Positions 36,094 through 46,394 of a stretch of DNA of 57,886 nucleotides are shown in pieces (positions within the stretch are counted from its first letter, which is position 1; the number at the start of each line of letters is the position of its first letter). Source of the DNA: a virus (lineage: Duplodnaviria > Caudoviricetes); the IMG/VR virus record IMGVR_UViG_3300021403_000001, positions 1 through 57,886 of that record, one strand, 5' to 3'. Both the position numbers and the translations under genes were made by a program. Under the pieces are notes generated by a model that searched no databases, was not told where the DNA came from, and saw only the letters and a program-made list of their open reading frames with translations.

Positions 36094-36488
36094 AACCTCA
36101 GCGCATCATCCGGCCTGCATCGGCTTTCTCCGTCGCTTCCACAAAGCAACGGCGCCCGCGTGACAAGGACAAAAATCACCTTGCGTTCATTCGCTCGCTC
36201 AAGTGCTGCCTCTGTGGCGTTCCTGGTCCTGACCCTGCGCATATCCGATCGGCAAGCAATCTTCATGGCAAACGGGAAACCGGAGGCGCTGAAAAGCCTG
36301 CGGACAAATGGACAGTCCCGCTTTGCAGGATTCACCACGACGAACAGCACGCCGCAGGAGATGAACTGAAGTGGTGGGCATCGAAACGAATTGATCCGTT
36401 CGGGCTCGCGCTGTCGCTCTACGCTGCGAGCGGAGACGATGAAGTAGCGGAAGCCATTCTAACGTCTCATCAGAGTGCGCAGCGATGA
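36090..36488 (+). CDS. DUF968-like Zn-binding HNH-related protein
   Basis: HLAFIRSLKCCLCG...AHIR...DKWTVPLCRIHHDEQH. Confidence 0.75.
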   Translation: MKPQRIIRPASAFSVASTKQRRPRDKDKNHLAFIRSLKCCLCGVPGPDPAHIRSASNLHGKRETGGAEKPADKWTVPLCRIHHDEQHAAGDELKWWASKRIDPFGLALSLYAASGDDEVAEAILTSHQSAQR

Positions 36489-36726
36489 CCGACCTTCAAG
36501 CCAAAGCCCTCTCCGGCTGGTGTATTCTGTTTCTGCTGATCGGGGTTGGCATAACGAAGCTAGGAGGCTGGTGGTGATTCTTATCCCGGTTTCGTTCGCA
36601 GTCATGATTTTAGCATGGTGGTCTCTGCCATTGCTGGTGTTGGGAATGTTTCGTGTTGTGCATGGACGATGGCCTGAGAGACAGTGGCCGTATTGATAGG
36701 GAATTAAGGGAAGATAGGAGGGCGAC

Positions 36727-38295
36727 ATGCTCGCACAGAACTTCAAGACGGCGGATGATCTGGGAATAGCCCAGCACGAATTTGAGGCGCTGGCAAAAAC
36801 GCTGGTTCTCTTGGAGACCGGCAAACTTCGGCATGTGCCTGACGATAATGCTGGGGAAATGGTTTTGCACACGGAGGCTAAGTTTAATGGCCTCTTCAAC
36901 ATGAATCTGTGGGGGAACAAAACTGATTGCGGCACAGTCGCGTGCATTGGCGGCACCGCGCAGCTAATCGGCCGCTTTGAGTTTCGCGAAATGCCGGACG
37001 CGCTGGACGATCTTTTTTATCCAGATAGCCTGCCGCTGACCAATTGGAATCGCATTACCACTTCCCAAGCCGCCACTGCCCTCCGCTCCTATCTCACGAC
37101 TGGCGACGCGCGCTGGGATTTGGCCGTTCAGCTTTAATGCCCCGATTACGCGAGGTTTGAAATGAGCGCCATGCCGTCAGAACACCTGCTTTCCCTCGCG
37201 GACTGCATCGAGGACGCGCGCAATCAGTTCCTCGATGACTTTCCAGACGAGACGAAGAAGGCGATCCTTCAAGGCGTTCTTTGGAACGACAAAGGCACCT
37301 TCGCGCCGGCTCTCCGCGAACTCGTCGCCCTGCGAGCGCAGCTTGCCAAATCCCCTCTCCCTGATGGGGAGACGGTCGCTTGGCGGATTCCGGCGAAAGA
37401 CATTCAAAACCTGCGCACTGTTTTGAACATGGCGGCGAACAGAAACGTGGCGAGTGTAGAGTTCGTCAACCGCTGGACGGTCTATCTCAACAAACTTGCA
37501 GCCGCGTCTTTCTACGCCTCCCCTCCCCCTGTGAGCGGGGACGTGAGGACCGTCATCGCTGAAATGATCGAAGTTGCGACGGGCGACGACGATAGCGTTT
37601 TGGCTGAGTGGACTTGTGACAACAAAGCCACCATCGACAAATGGCAGATGCGCCTTTCCCGCGCCCTCTTACCTTCCGGGGAGAAGTGATGGGCGATCCG
37701 GGCCTGACTGGAATTGCCGCGCTGGAATCGGAGATGCGAGACCGATTGAATGCGAAGGACGCCGAGATCGAGCGGCAACGTATCCATCTTGATAAAGCAC
37801 ACGCCACGCTGCGGCGGATATTGGTCGATCCTCCGGCGACCCTGGACGAACCCGATACCGACGCAGAGGTGATTATCAAGCTGCGCGATCATGTTCATGC
37901 CTATTTCGCTTACGCCGTAACTGACGAACTACGCGAGAACGAGAAATGACTTTAGCGCGGTGGGACTGATCGGCGGAGCCGCGAAGGGTGTGTTGGGACC
38001 GCCGTCAAGCCCAAACCACGACACACCCGCCCAAAAACACCACACGCAATCGGAGAAGGCAATGCCTCACGTTCTTTGGCTAATCGAGCACCCCGACAAC
38101 GGCAAGCAGTCTCCCTTCTATTTCGGTTGGGAGGAAGGTGAGAGGGGATGGACCGGCGAGATTGACGCTGCGTTCAAGTTCGACACGAAGGACGCGGCCG
38201 AGAAGATGGCGAGCGACTGTGGCCTTCCCGACTACCAAATCAGAGATCACAAATGGCTGGATCACAAACCTACGTCAAATTTGGACGTAGCCTGA
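36727..38295 (+). other. Accessory hypothetical genes (36727-37137, 37162-37689, 37689-37949, 38062-38295)
   Basis: Each has an RBS or a coupled start; CGTVACIGG motif in the first. Confidence 0.6.
37956..38028 (+). ncRNA. Candidate kissing-loop RNA element
   Basis: Stems CGCGG/CCGCG and GGGUGUGU/ACACACCC whose loops carry complementary CGGCGG and CCGCCG. Confidence 0.35.
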
Positions 38296-38320
38296 CGGCG
38301 ATAAAGAGTTGTTAAATCAC

Positions 38321-38896
38321 ATGGACGCCATCCCAGATCTTCCGCCATACACCGTCCTGGAGAACGGCTACATCCATGGAACGTGGTTCTGTGGGCGTCC
38401 GACCAAGAAGTATTACGGATCCTTCCCCTATTCCTTCTGGCCGCGCGCTCAGCAAGTCCTCCGGCCATGGGGAACGCTGCTGCATTGGTTCAGCGGCCTT
38501 GAGCAGCCCGAGCCCGGCATCACCACGGTTGACGGCAACCCCGAGGTGACGCCCTCTGTTGTCTGTCAGGGCACGAACCTGCCGTTCGCCGATTGCACCT
38601 TCGACGCCTCGTTTGCGGATCCTCCCTATTCGCCCAAGGATTCCGAGCGCTACGGGTTGCCCTATCCGTCCGCCACGAAGGTCATCGCCGAGCTGGCGCG
38701 CGTCACTAAACCGGGCGGCAAGATTGGTCTGCTTCACGAGTTCATTCCGCCGACCGGCGGAAAGCGGTGCTTGCCCGTCAAGCTACTCGGAATCATCGGC
38801 GTGATGAACGGCCCACAGAAACGGATCCGGCTCTTTGCGATCTATCGCAAGCTGGCGACGCAAACAGATTTATCCATCGGTTTGGGCGAGAAATGA
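38321..38896 (+). CDS. Amino (m6A/m4C) methyltransferase-like protein
   Basis: LHWFSG, LPFADCTFDASFADPPY and ELARVTKPGG motifs. Confidence 0.7.
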   Translation: MDAIPDLPPYTVLENGYIHGTWFCGRPTKKYYGSFPYSFWPRAQQVLRPWGTLLHWFSGLEQPEPGITTVDGNPEVTPSVVCQGTNLPFADCTFDASFADPPYSPKDSERYGLPYPSATKVIAELARVTKPGGKIGLLHEFIPPTGGKRCLPVKLLGIIGVMNGPQKRIRLFAIYRKLATQTDLSIGLGEK

Positions 38897-39642
38897 AACC
38901 CCGCACCCTCATTTGGTTTTCGACCGGAGCCGCCAGCGCGGTCATGACGCAGCTTATGCTTCGCGAGGACCGAGAGACGGCGATCGTGGTCCGGTGTGAG
39001 ACGGGCAACGAAGACCCGGACAATTACCGCTTTGAGGCCGACGTGATGCGCCACCTCAACACGTCGATTACCGTCCTAAAGTCTGACGAGTTCGATAACG
39101 TCCGGGACGTGTGGAAGCGCGAGCGCTACATGGCCGGCATCAATGGCGCCTCCTGCACGCGTGCCATGAAGGTTGAGCCGCGCCTCGCATTCCAGCATCC
39201 GACAGACCGCCATGCCTTCGGCTACACGGCCGACAAGGCGGACAAAGAACGCTTTAAGCGCCTGCAAGAGAATTACCCCGAGTTGGTGGTTCGCGCGCCT
39301 CTGATCGAACAGGGGATTAACAAGGCCAATTGCTTGGGCAGGATAGAGCGTTGGGGCATCGCGCTTCCCCGCTCCTACGCGATGGGCTTTCCGAACGCCA
39401 ATTGCCTGCAAAGCGGATGCGTGAAGGGCGGCTTGGGCTACTGGTCCCGGTATCGCCATTACTTTCCGGAAGCGTTCGCCAAGACCGCCGCCCAGGCTCG
39501 CGAGATCGGCGCGCGGCTGGTCAAATACAAAGGCGAGCGCATCTTCATTGACGAGATTCCAGCCGACTATCCGATGATAGACGCGACCCTTCCGGCCTGC
39601 GATTTTCTTTGTCACTTGGCTGAGGCGGAGCCCGTCGAATGA
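38893..39642 (+). CDS. PAPS-reductase / adenine-nucleotide alpha-hydrolase-like protein
   Basis: WFSTGAASAV PP-loop-like motif; CTRAMK; GFPNANCLQSGCVKGG; CDFLC. Confidence 0.7.
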   Translation: MKPRTLIWFSTGAASAVMTQLMLREDRETAIVVRCETGNEDPDNYRFEADVMRHLNTSITVLKSDEFDNVRDVWKRERYMAGINGASCTRAMKVEPRLAFQHPTDRHAFGYTADKADKERFKRLQENYPELVVRAPLIEQGINKANCLGRIERWGIALPRSYAMGFPNANCLQSGCVKGGLGYWSRYRHYFPEAFAKTAAQAREIGARLVKYKGERIFIDEIPADYPMIDATLPACDFLCHLAEAEPVE

Positions 39643-39805
39643 TAATTAGCAAAGCGTATTCATGCCCGTGCGGTGATTGGCACCCAACTCCCAAATGGCT
39701 CAAGTGGTTCGGTAAGGCGCCCTATCGTCGCGCGCTATATGCGTGGCCGCACATCGGTGGCGGCTGGGATGGCTGGGAATATGCCCTAACCTCGGGATTT
39801 GGTGC

Positions 39806-40147
39806 ATGAATCTGCCCGCCCACATCACCCCCGCCGACTTCGCCAAGCAGTACGGCGAGAGCGAAAGACGTGTGCGCGAGCGTGCGCGGCGCCTTGGCGC
39901 GTGCCGGATTATGGGCAATCGTATGGTCCTACTGCCCCAGGACGTAGCTGCCCTATTGGAGGACGCCAAGCCATGCCCCTCAAAATCTTCAAACGAGGTC
40001 GCGTCTATCACTTCGCAGGAACCATCGCAGGTAAGCGAGAGCGTGGTTCGACGGGTCTTGAGACCAGGGAAGCCGCGCTTGCATTTGCGGCCGAGTACGA
40101 AGCCAAGGCAAGAAAATGTCGTGAGCTTGGACCAGAGGCGGTCCTGA
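39806..40147 (+). CDS. Putative excisionase
   Basis: ITPADFAKQYGESERRVRERARRLG; overlaps the integrase start. Confidence 0.55.
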   Translation: MNLPAHITPADFAKQYGESERRVRERARRLGACRIMGNRMVLLPQDVAALLEDAKPCPSKSSNEVASITSQEPSQVSESVVRRVLRPGKPRLHLRPSTKPRQENVVSLDQRRS

Positions 40148-40950
40148 CGTTCGAGGATGCCGTGCTGAACTACTTCGCCGCGGAAAAGACCGAGCGCTTC
40201 ATTGCGAAGCCCCGTGCCTATTTCAAGAACACCCTTGTGAAGGATATTTCGGCTGGCGTGATCCGTCAGGCCGCGATCGACCTATATCCGGCTGCTGCGG
40301 CATCCACGCGCAACCGTCAGGTCATCGTCCCGGTGCAGGCCGTCATTAACCACTGCGCTGACTTGCAGCTCTGCGCCGCGATCAGGGTCAAACGGTTCCC
40401 GATCGACAAGAAGGAAAAGACGCCGGTTACGGTCGAGTGGGTGCGCGCCTTTGCCAAGGGCGCCCCGCCGCACCTTGCCGCCCTTGCCCTCTTTCTGTTC
40501 GGAACCGGCGCCCGCATCTCGGAAGCCCTGAAGCTTCGATGGGAGGACGTGAACCTTCAGGCCGGGACGGCCAAGCTTGTGCAGGGCAAGCAGCGCAACG
40601 AAAGAACCGCTAGGCTACATCCCGAGGTCATCGCCGCAATGGCGAACTTGAAGCGCTACAGGGGGCGCGGTCCGTTCTTCTATCTGGAACGGTCATCGGC
40701 CTACGGTGCCTGGGAGCGCGCCTGTAAGGCCGCCGGCCTGCCCTATCTCTCCTTCCATTGCTGCCGGCACGGCTTCGCCACGACGCTGCTGCACAAGGGC
40801 GTGGACGTTCTGACGGTCGCCAAGCGCGGCGGCTGGAAATCGGCCCGGCATGTCTTTGAGACCTACGGGCACGCTAGCGAGGACGCATCGGTCGTGGACA
40901 AGATTTTTGACGAGCCGATGCCCGCGAAAAAGAGTAAGATGGCATCATGA
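39973..40950 (+). CDS. int: Tyrosine integrase
   Basis: TGARISE (R), HCCRH (HxxR), GGW and TYGH (Y); N-terminal arm-binding RGSTG. Confidence 0.92.
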   Translation: MPLKIFKRGRVYHFAGTIAGKRERGSTGLETREAALAFAAEYEAKARKCRELGPEAVLTFEDAVLNYFAAEKTERFIAKPRAYFKNTLVKDISAGVIRQAAIDLYPAAAASTRNRQVIVPVQAVINHCADLQLCAAIRVKRFPIDKKEKTPVTVEWVRAFAKGAPPHLAALALFLFGTGARISEALKLRWEDVNLQAGTAKLVQGKQRNERTARLHPEVIAAMANLKRYRGRGPFFYLERSSAYGAWERACKAAGLPYLSFHCCRHGFATTLLHKGVDVLTVAKRGGWKSARHVFETYGHASEDASVVDKIFDEPMPAKKSKMAS

Positions 40951-41726
40951 CTCCCCTTGCCTACAGCGTCGCGAAAGAGAATTGGTTGCCTGAGAAGCGG
41001 CGCCGGTTTCAGGACAAGTATGGCATTCTCGAATTTATGGATGATGTGCGCTGCTTCGAAGTTTCTGAGGTGTTCGAGCTTGCGGATGAGCTTGGAGAAA
41101 AATGGTATAAGGAGGATGCCAAAAGCCAATTCCTGTCGAACTCCATTGACACCACATTTGCGTTTCTGCCCGCAGAGAAAACTTGGATCGAGTGGCGAGA
41201 AGGCCCGGCGCGCGTGGCCGTTCTTTTGCTGAATTGCAAAGATGATGGCCAAGCGTTCGCCACTATCATCATTGCCAATCAGAAATATTTCGGCTCTGTG
41301 GATACGTTCGTGCTCAAACTTCACGACAATGAGAACTTTGAAATACGAATTTATCCGGACTCGCCGTTCAATCCAGCCACTCAGGCCTTTTTCCAGTATC
41401 GGCTCTACGCTTTCCTGGCGCTGATAAATTCCCCGAGTGTGATCGGTCGTCAGCAGCACGCGCCTCACAAGGCGTTGCAGAAAGAAGCTAGGGCTCAAGG
41501 GATCGGAAACGTCCCCGAGTGGACCTTGCTTCAATTGCACGTTGCCAAGCCCGCCGATCTGGACGACGGCGAAGCACACGAAGAGCATCTGACGGGCAGG
41601 CGCGCGCTGCACTTCTGCCGGGCGTTCGTCCGCATTCGGCTCGGCAAGCTTGAGTACGTCAGGGCGCATTGGCGGGGCGACGAAGCGCGCGGTGTCAGGG
41701 AAAAAACGTACATGGTGACACGATGA
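40947..41726 (+). CDS. Hypothetical protein between int and attP
   Basis: 259 aa; ATGA-coupled to int; LHFCRAF...VRAHWRGD motif. Confidence 0.7.
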   Translation: MTPLAYSVAKENWLPEKRRRFQDKYGILEFMDDVRCFEVSEVFELADELGEKWYKEDAKSQFLSNSIDTTFAFLPAEKTWIEWREGPARVAVLLLNCKDDGQAFATIIIANQKYFGSVDTFVLKLHDNENFEIRIYPDSPFNPATQAFFQYRLYAFLALINSPSVIGRQQHAPHKALQKEARAQGIGNVPEWTLLQLHVAKPADLDDGEAHEEHLTGRRALHFCRAFVRIRLGKLEYVRAHWRGDEARGVREKTYMVTR

Positions 41727-41808
41727 CGAGATGGGTGCGCGCCGAAAGCGACGATAGGTTGACATCACCCGGACGAGCCAAGAGACGCGGTAGGCTCGTC
41801 GCCCGAAT

Positions 41809-42034
41809 TGGCTCAAAAGTGACACACTCAAAAATTGGAAATTCCAGAAACCAGCGAAAGACGGGCACAACTTGAAAATCTCAAACGCCCCTGGCGAGGG
41901 CCGTGGCGTTTTATGATAAGATGAGAAAATTCAATGCAGACTAACAACTTAGCATCCACGCCCCTGCAAGTTCGTGCAAGTTTAGGCGTGAACCTAGGAG
42001 GAACATGCGTCGTGATTGACACAAAATTGGCACA
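41809..42034. other. Putative attP region
   Basis: Two pairs of arm-like direct repeats with 11-bp phasing, TGGCTCA/TGACACA (41809-41826) and TGACACA/TGGCACA (42017-42034), flank an AT-rich non-coding segment. Confidence 0.55.
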
Positions 42035-42208
42035 GCGGCGTTCCGGTCCCGTTCGCTTCGAAAGCGTCTCCTACCGCGGCGAGATATTCGGCCCCTACGA
42101 CAGCATGGAGGCCGCAGCTCAGGCCGCGAAAGAGAAGTGGCCAGACCAGCACCAGGACGAAGATCGAACCGGGGCCGGGTGGGACGTGCAGGTCGAAGGG
42201 GCGAAGTG

Positions 42209-44779
42209 ATGGCGACCTTCGCGCAAGGCTGCTGCTCGGCAATCTTCCCGTGCTCGCATCAGCAAAAAGACCCGTTCAGCATCTGCGACATCTGTCAGCA
42301 ATCTCATGACATGGCCAGAGACCGCGCCCTGTCCGATGCAAGGCGACTCTTGGAATCGCACGGCTACACTGTGACGAAGCCGCAAAAGCAAACAGTCACC
42401 GCATGAGTTAACGGCAAACGACAACCTGTGACAGGTGCGGCCATTCCGGCTCGCCTGTGCAATGGAGGCGAAGATGGATGCCTTAGCTGTGATTGCCGCC
42501 GCGCTCAATGAGTTCGACGTGGAGGACTTCATTGACGAAGATTTCAACCGAGCTGCGGCTGCGAAGATCGTCGCCGAGCTGGAATGGCAGAACTTTCGGA
42601 TCGTGAAGATGGAGCGAAAGCCCATGGCGGCGGACATCCAGATCGCGGGGGCGAAGTAATGGCTAAGCCGAAGTTCAAATTCGTTCCTGATGATGTCAGG
42701 AATCTCGTGATCGACGAGTGCGCCAAATGCGTCCCCACGACTTGGCTTGACCCGCTTCTTACCGGGCCGAAGGCAGTTGGCGACATGCCAGCGCGGGAGA
42801 CGGAGGCGCTATTGCGAGCCATCCAGGATCGTATCCGCGCGCTCAAGTCCGCTTGAACGGCAAGTTAAGGAAAGAAACAGCCCGACGACTAAATTTAGTC
42901 GGGCGACTAACAGGGACTAAATATGAAAGAGCGGCCAGCCAACGACGACATGCTTGAGGGCTTTCTAGACGGTTACGACTTGACCGCTCCGGAGCCATCA
43001 TCAAACCGCTCCAACAGCTACCGGCACGGCTTCAAGGTTGGCCGTCTCGATAAGACGCCGGCCGATTGGGGGAAGTACACAGCCGACGAGCTGCGCCGGA
43101 TGGCCGACGAAGCAATGGAAGCCGACGAGCCAAGGGGCGTCTAATGAGCGATGGAAATCAGACCGACATTCTTCAGCAGCTCGACGAAATCGGCGATTGG
43201 GTGTCTGACAAGGAATGGCATCAGCACCCGATAGCTGCTGAGGCGCAACGTGAGATCAAGAGGCTTCGCGCCAACCATCGCGACGTGGTTGAGCATAAGC
43301 GCGGCACGTCCAAGCGCCTCAAGGCCGCCCTAGAAGGGCTCCAACAGATTTATGATGTATGCAGGGACAACGTTGCCGAAAGCTGCAACCATCGCATGGC
43401 GCTTGATTTTGTGCATCAGGTCGCCGGTGCGGCATTCGAGAAAGCAACGCGCAATCTACCGCCATCCGAATGGAAAACGCCTTAACGCGCCCTGAAGGAA
43501 CATTTCGATGACTCTAGCAATCTGCCTTTTCCTCTACTTCGCGCCGCCCATCGCCTCCATGTTTATCACACCGCAGATGGCGATCCATGGGCGCGTCTGG
43601 CTGTTTAATCTGGTCTGGCTGTTCGCGTGGCCGATCCTGATACTGTTCCTCCCGCTGAGGACGCGATGATGATGCACATCATCAGCGATCCGAGCATGAA
43701 GCGACCGGGCTACGTCTATAGGAACGGCGTTGGCGTTCCGGTGGGCACTCAACCGCACATCAACTGGAAGCACATCGACGGACCGCTTCTCCGGGCATCA
43801 GACGGTCAATTGCATTGGCTGACGTGGCGCGAGCGATTCCGTCTGTTTATCGGCCTAGCCGACATCCACGACATCGACTTTGAGTACAGAAAAGCGACGG
43901 AAAGAATGGTTTTTTGAACATGGAATGCAAGCTGATGACCCAGGAAGAGATCGAGCGCATCATTTTGGTCGAGGTTCTCGACTTCAAAAAACCGGAGCGC
44001 GCTGGATCGCATTGCCGGCGCTTGGCTCAGAACGCCGCGAAGCAGATAATCGAAGGGTTTCAACAGCAAGAGCGAGAATCGGTTGCAAGTGTTGAAACCT
44101 CGTCTTAACGCGTCGTTACAATGGAGAAATAAAAATGGACGCATCATCGGACTTCATCTCGTTACCAAAAGCCGGGTTGGTCTACCAACTCAATAAAGTC
44201 CACGTCGAGGTCGTCGGGTTCGACGATGATGAGGTGCGATGGCAGGAAAAGGGCAAGAAGGCCCTCCATAGAACCCCGCGCTGGTACTTCGAACTCCACG
44301 CGGCGGCTCCATCGCGATAATTGACAGGTAAGTCATGGACCGAAAAGAACGAGCGGCAATGCGGCGATTAGTTGCGGACTACATGCACAGCGAGGGCTGC
44401 TCGTGTTGTCGTGACACCGAGGCACACGAGAAGCATGCCGCAGCTCTGGCGAAGGCCCTCGGGGTTCGGAAATATGGCGACGGGAGCGGCTACGATTTTG
44501 CCAAGCACAGAAGCCGCGAAGATAGGTAGTTAAATGCAGATCACCAGCAACGTCTCACACGCAAGCGTCAAGGTGTATGTCAACGACATACTCCACATCC
44601 ATTTCGCGCGTGAGCGGTTCGTTGGCTTGTCATCGTGGCAGTACGAGAAGGAAGGCCGCAAGGATCAGGGCGGCATGTACTACATCGAGATCGTGCTGGA
44701 CGGCGGCAACGTGACGGTCGATTACGATCGGCGGGATATGTGGCTTGGCGTATTGGCAGAGCTTGAGAAGGCCCGATAA
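42209..44779 (+). other. Array of small accessory genes (including 42209-42406, 42659-42856, 42923-43144, 43144-43485, 43508-43669, 43666-43917, 43914-44108, 44135-44320, 44335-44529, 44534-44779)
   Basis: Co-oriented 50-115 aa ORFs, coupled or separated by short spacers. Confidence 0.6.
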
Positions 44780-44794
44780 TCAGCAGTTAGAGAA

Positions 44795-45355
44795 ATGACG
44801 CCCGAGCGATACCAGGAAGTACGAGCTGCCATCATCGACGCGGGCTACGCGAGCGAGATCGAATGGGCTGAAGGTGTCAAGGCGCCTGAGAATGCCGAGG
44901 ACTTCGCTGGCGAGGCCGTCTGGGTAATCCTGTGCAGCGGCATGAAGGAGCAAATCGCGCGGAAGATCAGCGACAAGGTTTGGGGCGCCATCCGCGATGG
45001 TCAGCCGGTACGCTCGGTATTTGGTCACGATGGGAAGGCTGCCGCCATAGAGACGATCTGGCGCGACCGCGAACGGCTGTTTCAATCCTTCAAGCTGGCG
45101 AACGATAAGGTCGAATTTTGCCAGCGCCTGCCGTGGATCGGCGGCATCACGAAGTGGCACCTCGCCAAGAACTACGGCGTCGATTGTGCCAAGCCGGACA
45201 TTCACCTGTCACGACTTGCGACCCACTATGGGACCACGCCGGCCAACCTGTGCGCTGCATTGGCGAAGTCATCTGGCGACCGCATCGCGACCGTCGATCT
45301 TGTCATCTGGCGAGCCTGCAATCTCGAAATTATCAAGACGCGAGAACTTGCGTAA
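44795..45355 (+). CDS. HhH DNA-glycosylase-like protein
   Basis: LPWIGGITKWHLAKNYGVDCAKPDIHL (HhH hairpin plus PD). Confidence 0.55.
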   Translation: MTPERYQEVRAAIIDAGYASEIEWAEGVKAPENAEDFAGEAVWVILCSGMKEQIARKISDKVWGAIRDGQPVRSVFGHDGKAAAIETIWRDRERLFQSFKLANDKVEFCQRLPWIGGITKWHLAKNYGVDCAKPDIHLSRLATHYGTTPANLCAALAKSSGDRIATVDLVIWRACNLEIIKTRELA

Positions 45356-45738
45356 ACATCACAGAAAGGCAATCGACATGACAGAGGACGAACGCGAAGA
45401 ATTCATCTATAGCTTGTTGGGCGAATTTCAAAGGTCGCTTGGCTCAATTACAGATGAGCAGAAATATGCTTTCATCGCCGGAGCCAGATCGGCTTTAGTC
45501 ACCCTTGAGGAGCGCGAAAAGGCTGCGCGGAAACGATGACTGAACGCGAAAAAATCGATCCCGATATGATTACTCACTTGCAGCAGTTCATCGCCATTGC
45601 GGAGACTTGCCACCGACAGCGGGAGCCTTCGTATTCGTGGCACGTTCTCGACTGGATGTCCTACAAATCGCAATGCCGCTGGCCGTTGGTCCGGAAGTGT
45701 GACCGTCTCATCGATCCTTCGATGATTGTTCCTTAACG

Positions 45739-45879
45739 GTGAGTGACCGATGACTTTGCTCGGAGCGAGCGGGACGCTCGGGCTTCGCCAAGAACAAGTT
45801 GCCTCCCCCGTTATCTTGGCTAGTGGGAGAGGCGGTCGGGTCGCGCCCGGCCTCCGAGCCCACTAACTGAGTCGCTCAC
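45739..45879 (+). ncRNA. Candidate multi-stem structured RNA with a possible pseudoknot
   Basis: Stems GUGAGUGAC/GUCGCUCAC, GCUCGGAG/CUCCGAGC, CGAGCG/CGCUCG, GCCAAGA/UCUUGGC and GGUCGGG/CCCGGCC. Confidence 0.55.
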
Positions 45880-45947
45880 AGCCAAATGAACTTGAGTCCG
45901 AGACAACATATCCTTGACCCATCCTATCCGCTGCGGAATCATGTGGG

Positions 45948-46163
45948 ATGCCAATCGACCCAGAGAACGATCCGAACGAGGATTACGAAATCGGTCACAT
46001 GCCCCAGAGGCCCCACAGTATGCCGCCGGATTGGTGGACAGTGTTCTGCAATGGAGTTCCGGTCTATCACTTCGCGCCGGACAAAGTGGCTGAAGCCGAA
46101 CGGTACGTCACCGACCCGGCGTATCGGGTGAATCTGGTGACTAGGTTGCTGCATGATAGATAG
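45948..46163 (+). CDS. Hypothetical protein
   Basis: 71-aa ORF with protein-like composition. Confidence 0.5.
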   Translation: MPIDPENDPNEDYEIGHMPQRPHSMPPDWWTVFCNGVPVYHFAPDKVAEAERYVTDPAYRVNLVTRLLHDR

Positions 46164-46235
46164 CCAATTCTTGCACGCAGAACCGTAACGAAACTCACCA
46201 GATCAAACCCCCTCCATCGGTCCGATGACGACCCG

Positions 46236-46394
46236 TCAGTGGACACCCATCAGCAAAAGCGTCGCGAAGCAGCCAATAGCGATAAGCCCCAGCGGAAGCG
46301 GATATCGGTTGTTGTGATCGTTCATGTGACCGCACGCGCCGATGATGAGGCAACCGACACCGGTCACGGCCAGCAGTTCTACGAGCGCGATCAT
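46236..46394 (-). CDS. Two-TM small membrane protein (holin candidate; not in the ORF track)
   Basis: MIALVELLAVTGVGCLIIGACG...LPLGLIAIGCFATLLLMGVH; ATGA-coupled. Confidence 0.45.
   Translation of the reverse strand: MIALVELLAVTGVGCLIIGACGHMNDHNNRYPLPLGLIAIGCFATLLLMGVH

Noticed and set aside
37966-37986. Hammerhead ribozyme (CUGAUCG-stem-GAAG)
   Set aside because: It does not match the required CUGANGA and GAAA core
41885-41900. tRNA anticodon arm as the att core
   Set aside because: A 7-nt loop hairpin is present, but it does not match tRNA-Ala or tRNA-Gly arms as I recall them, and no T-arm follows
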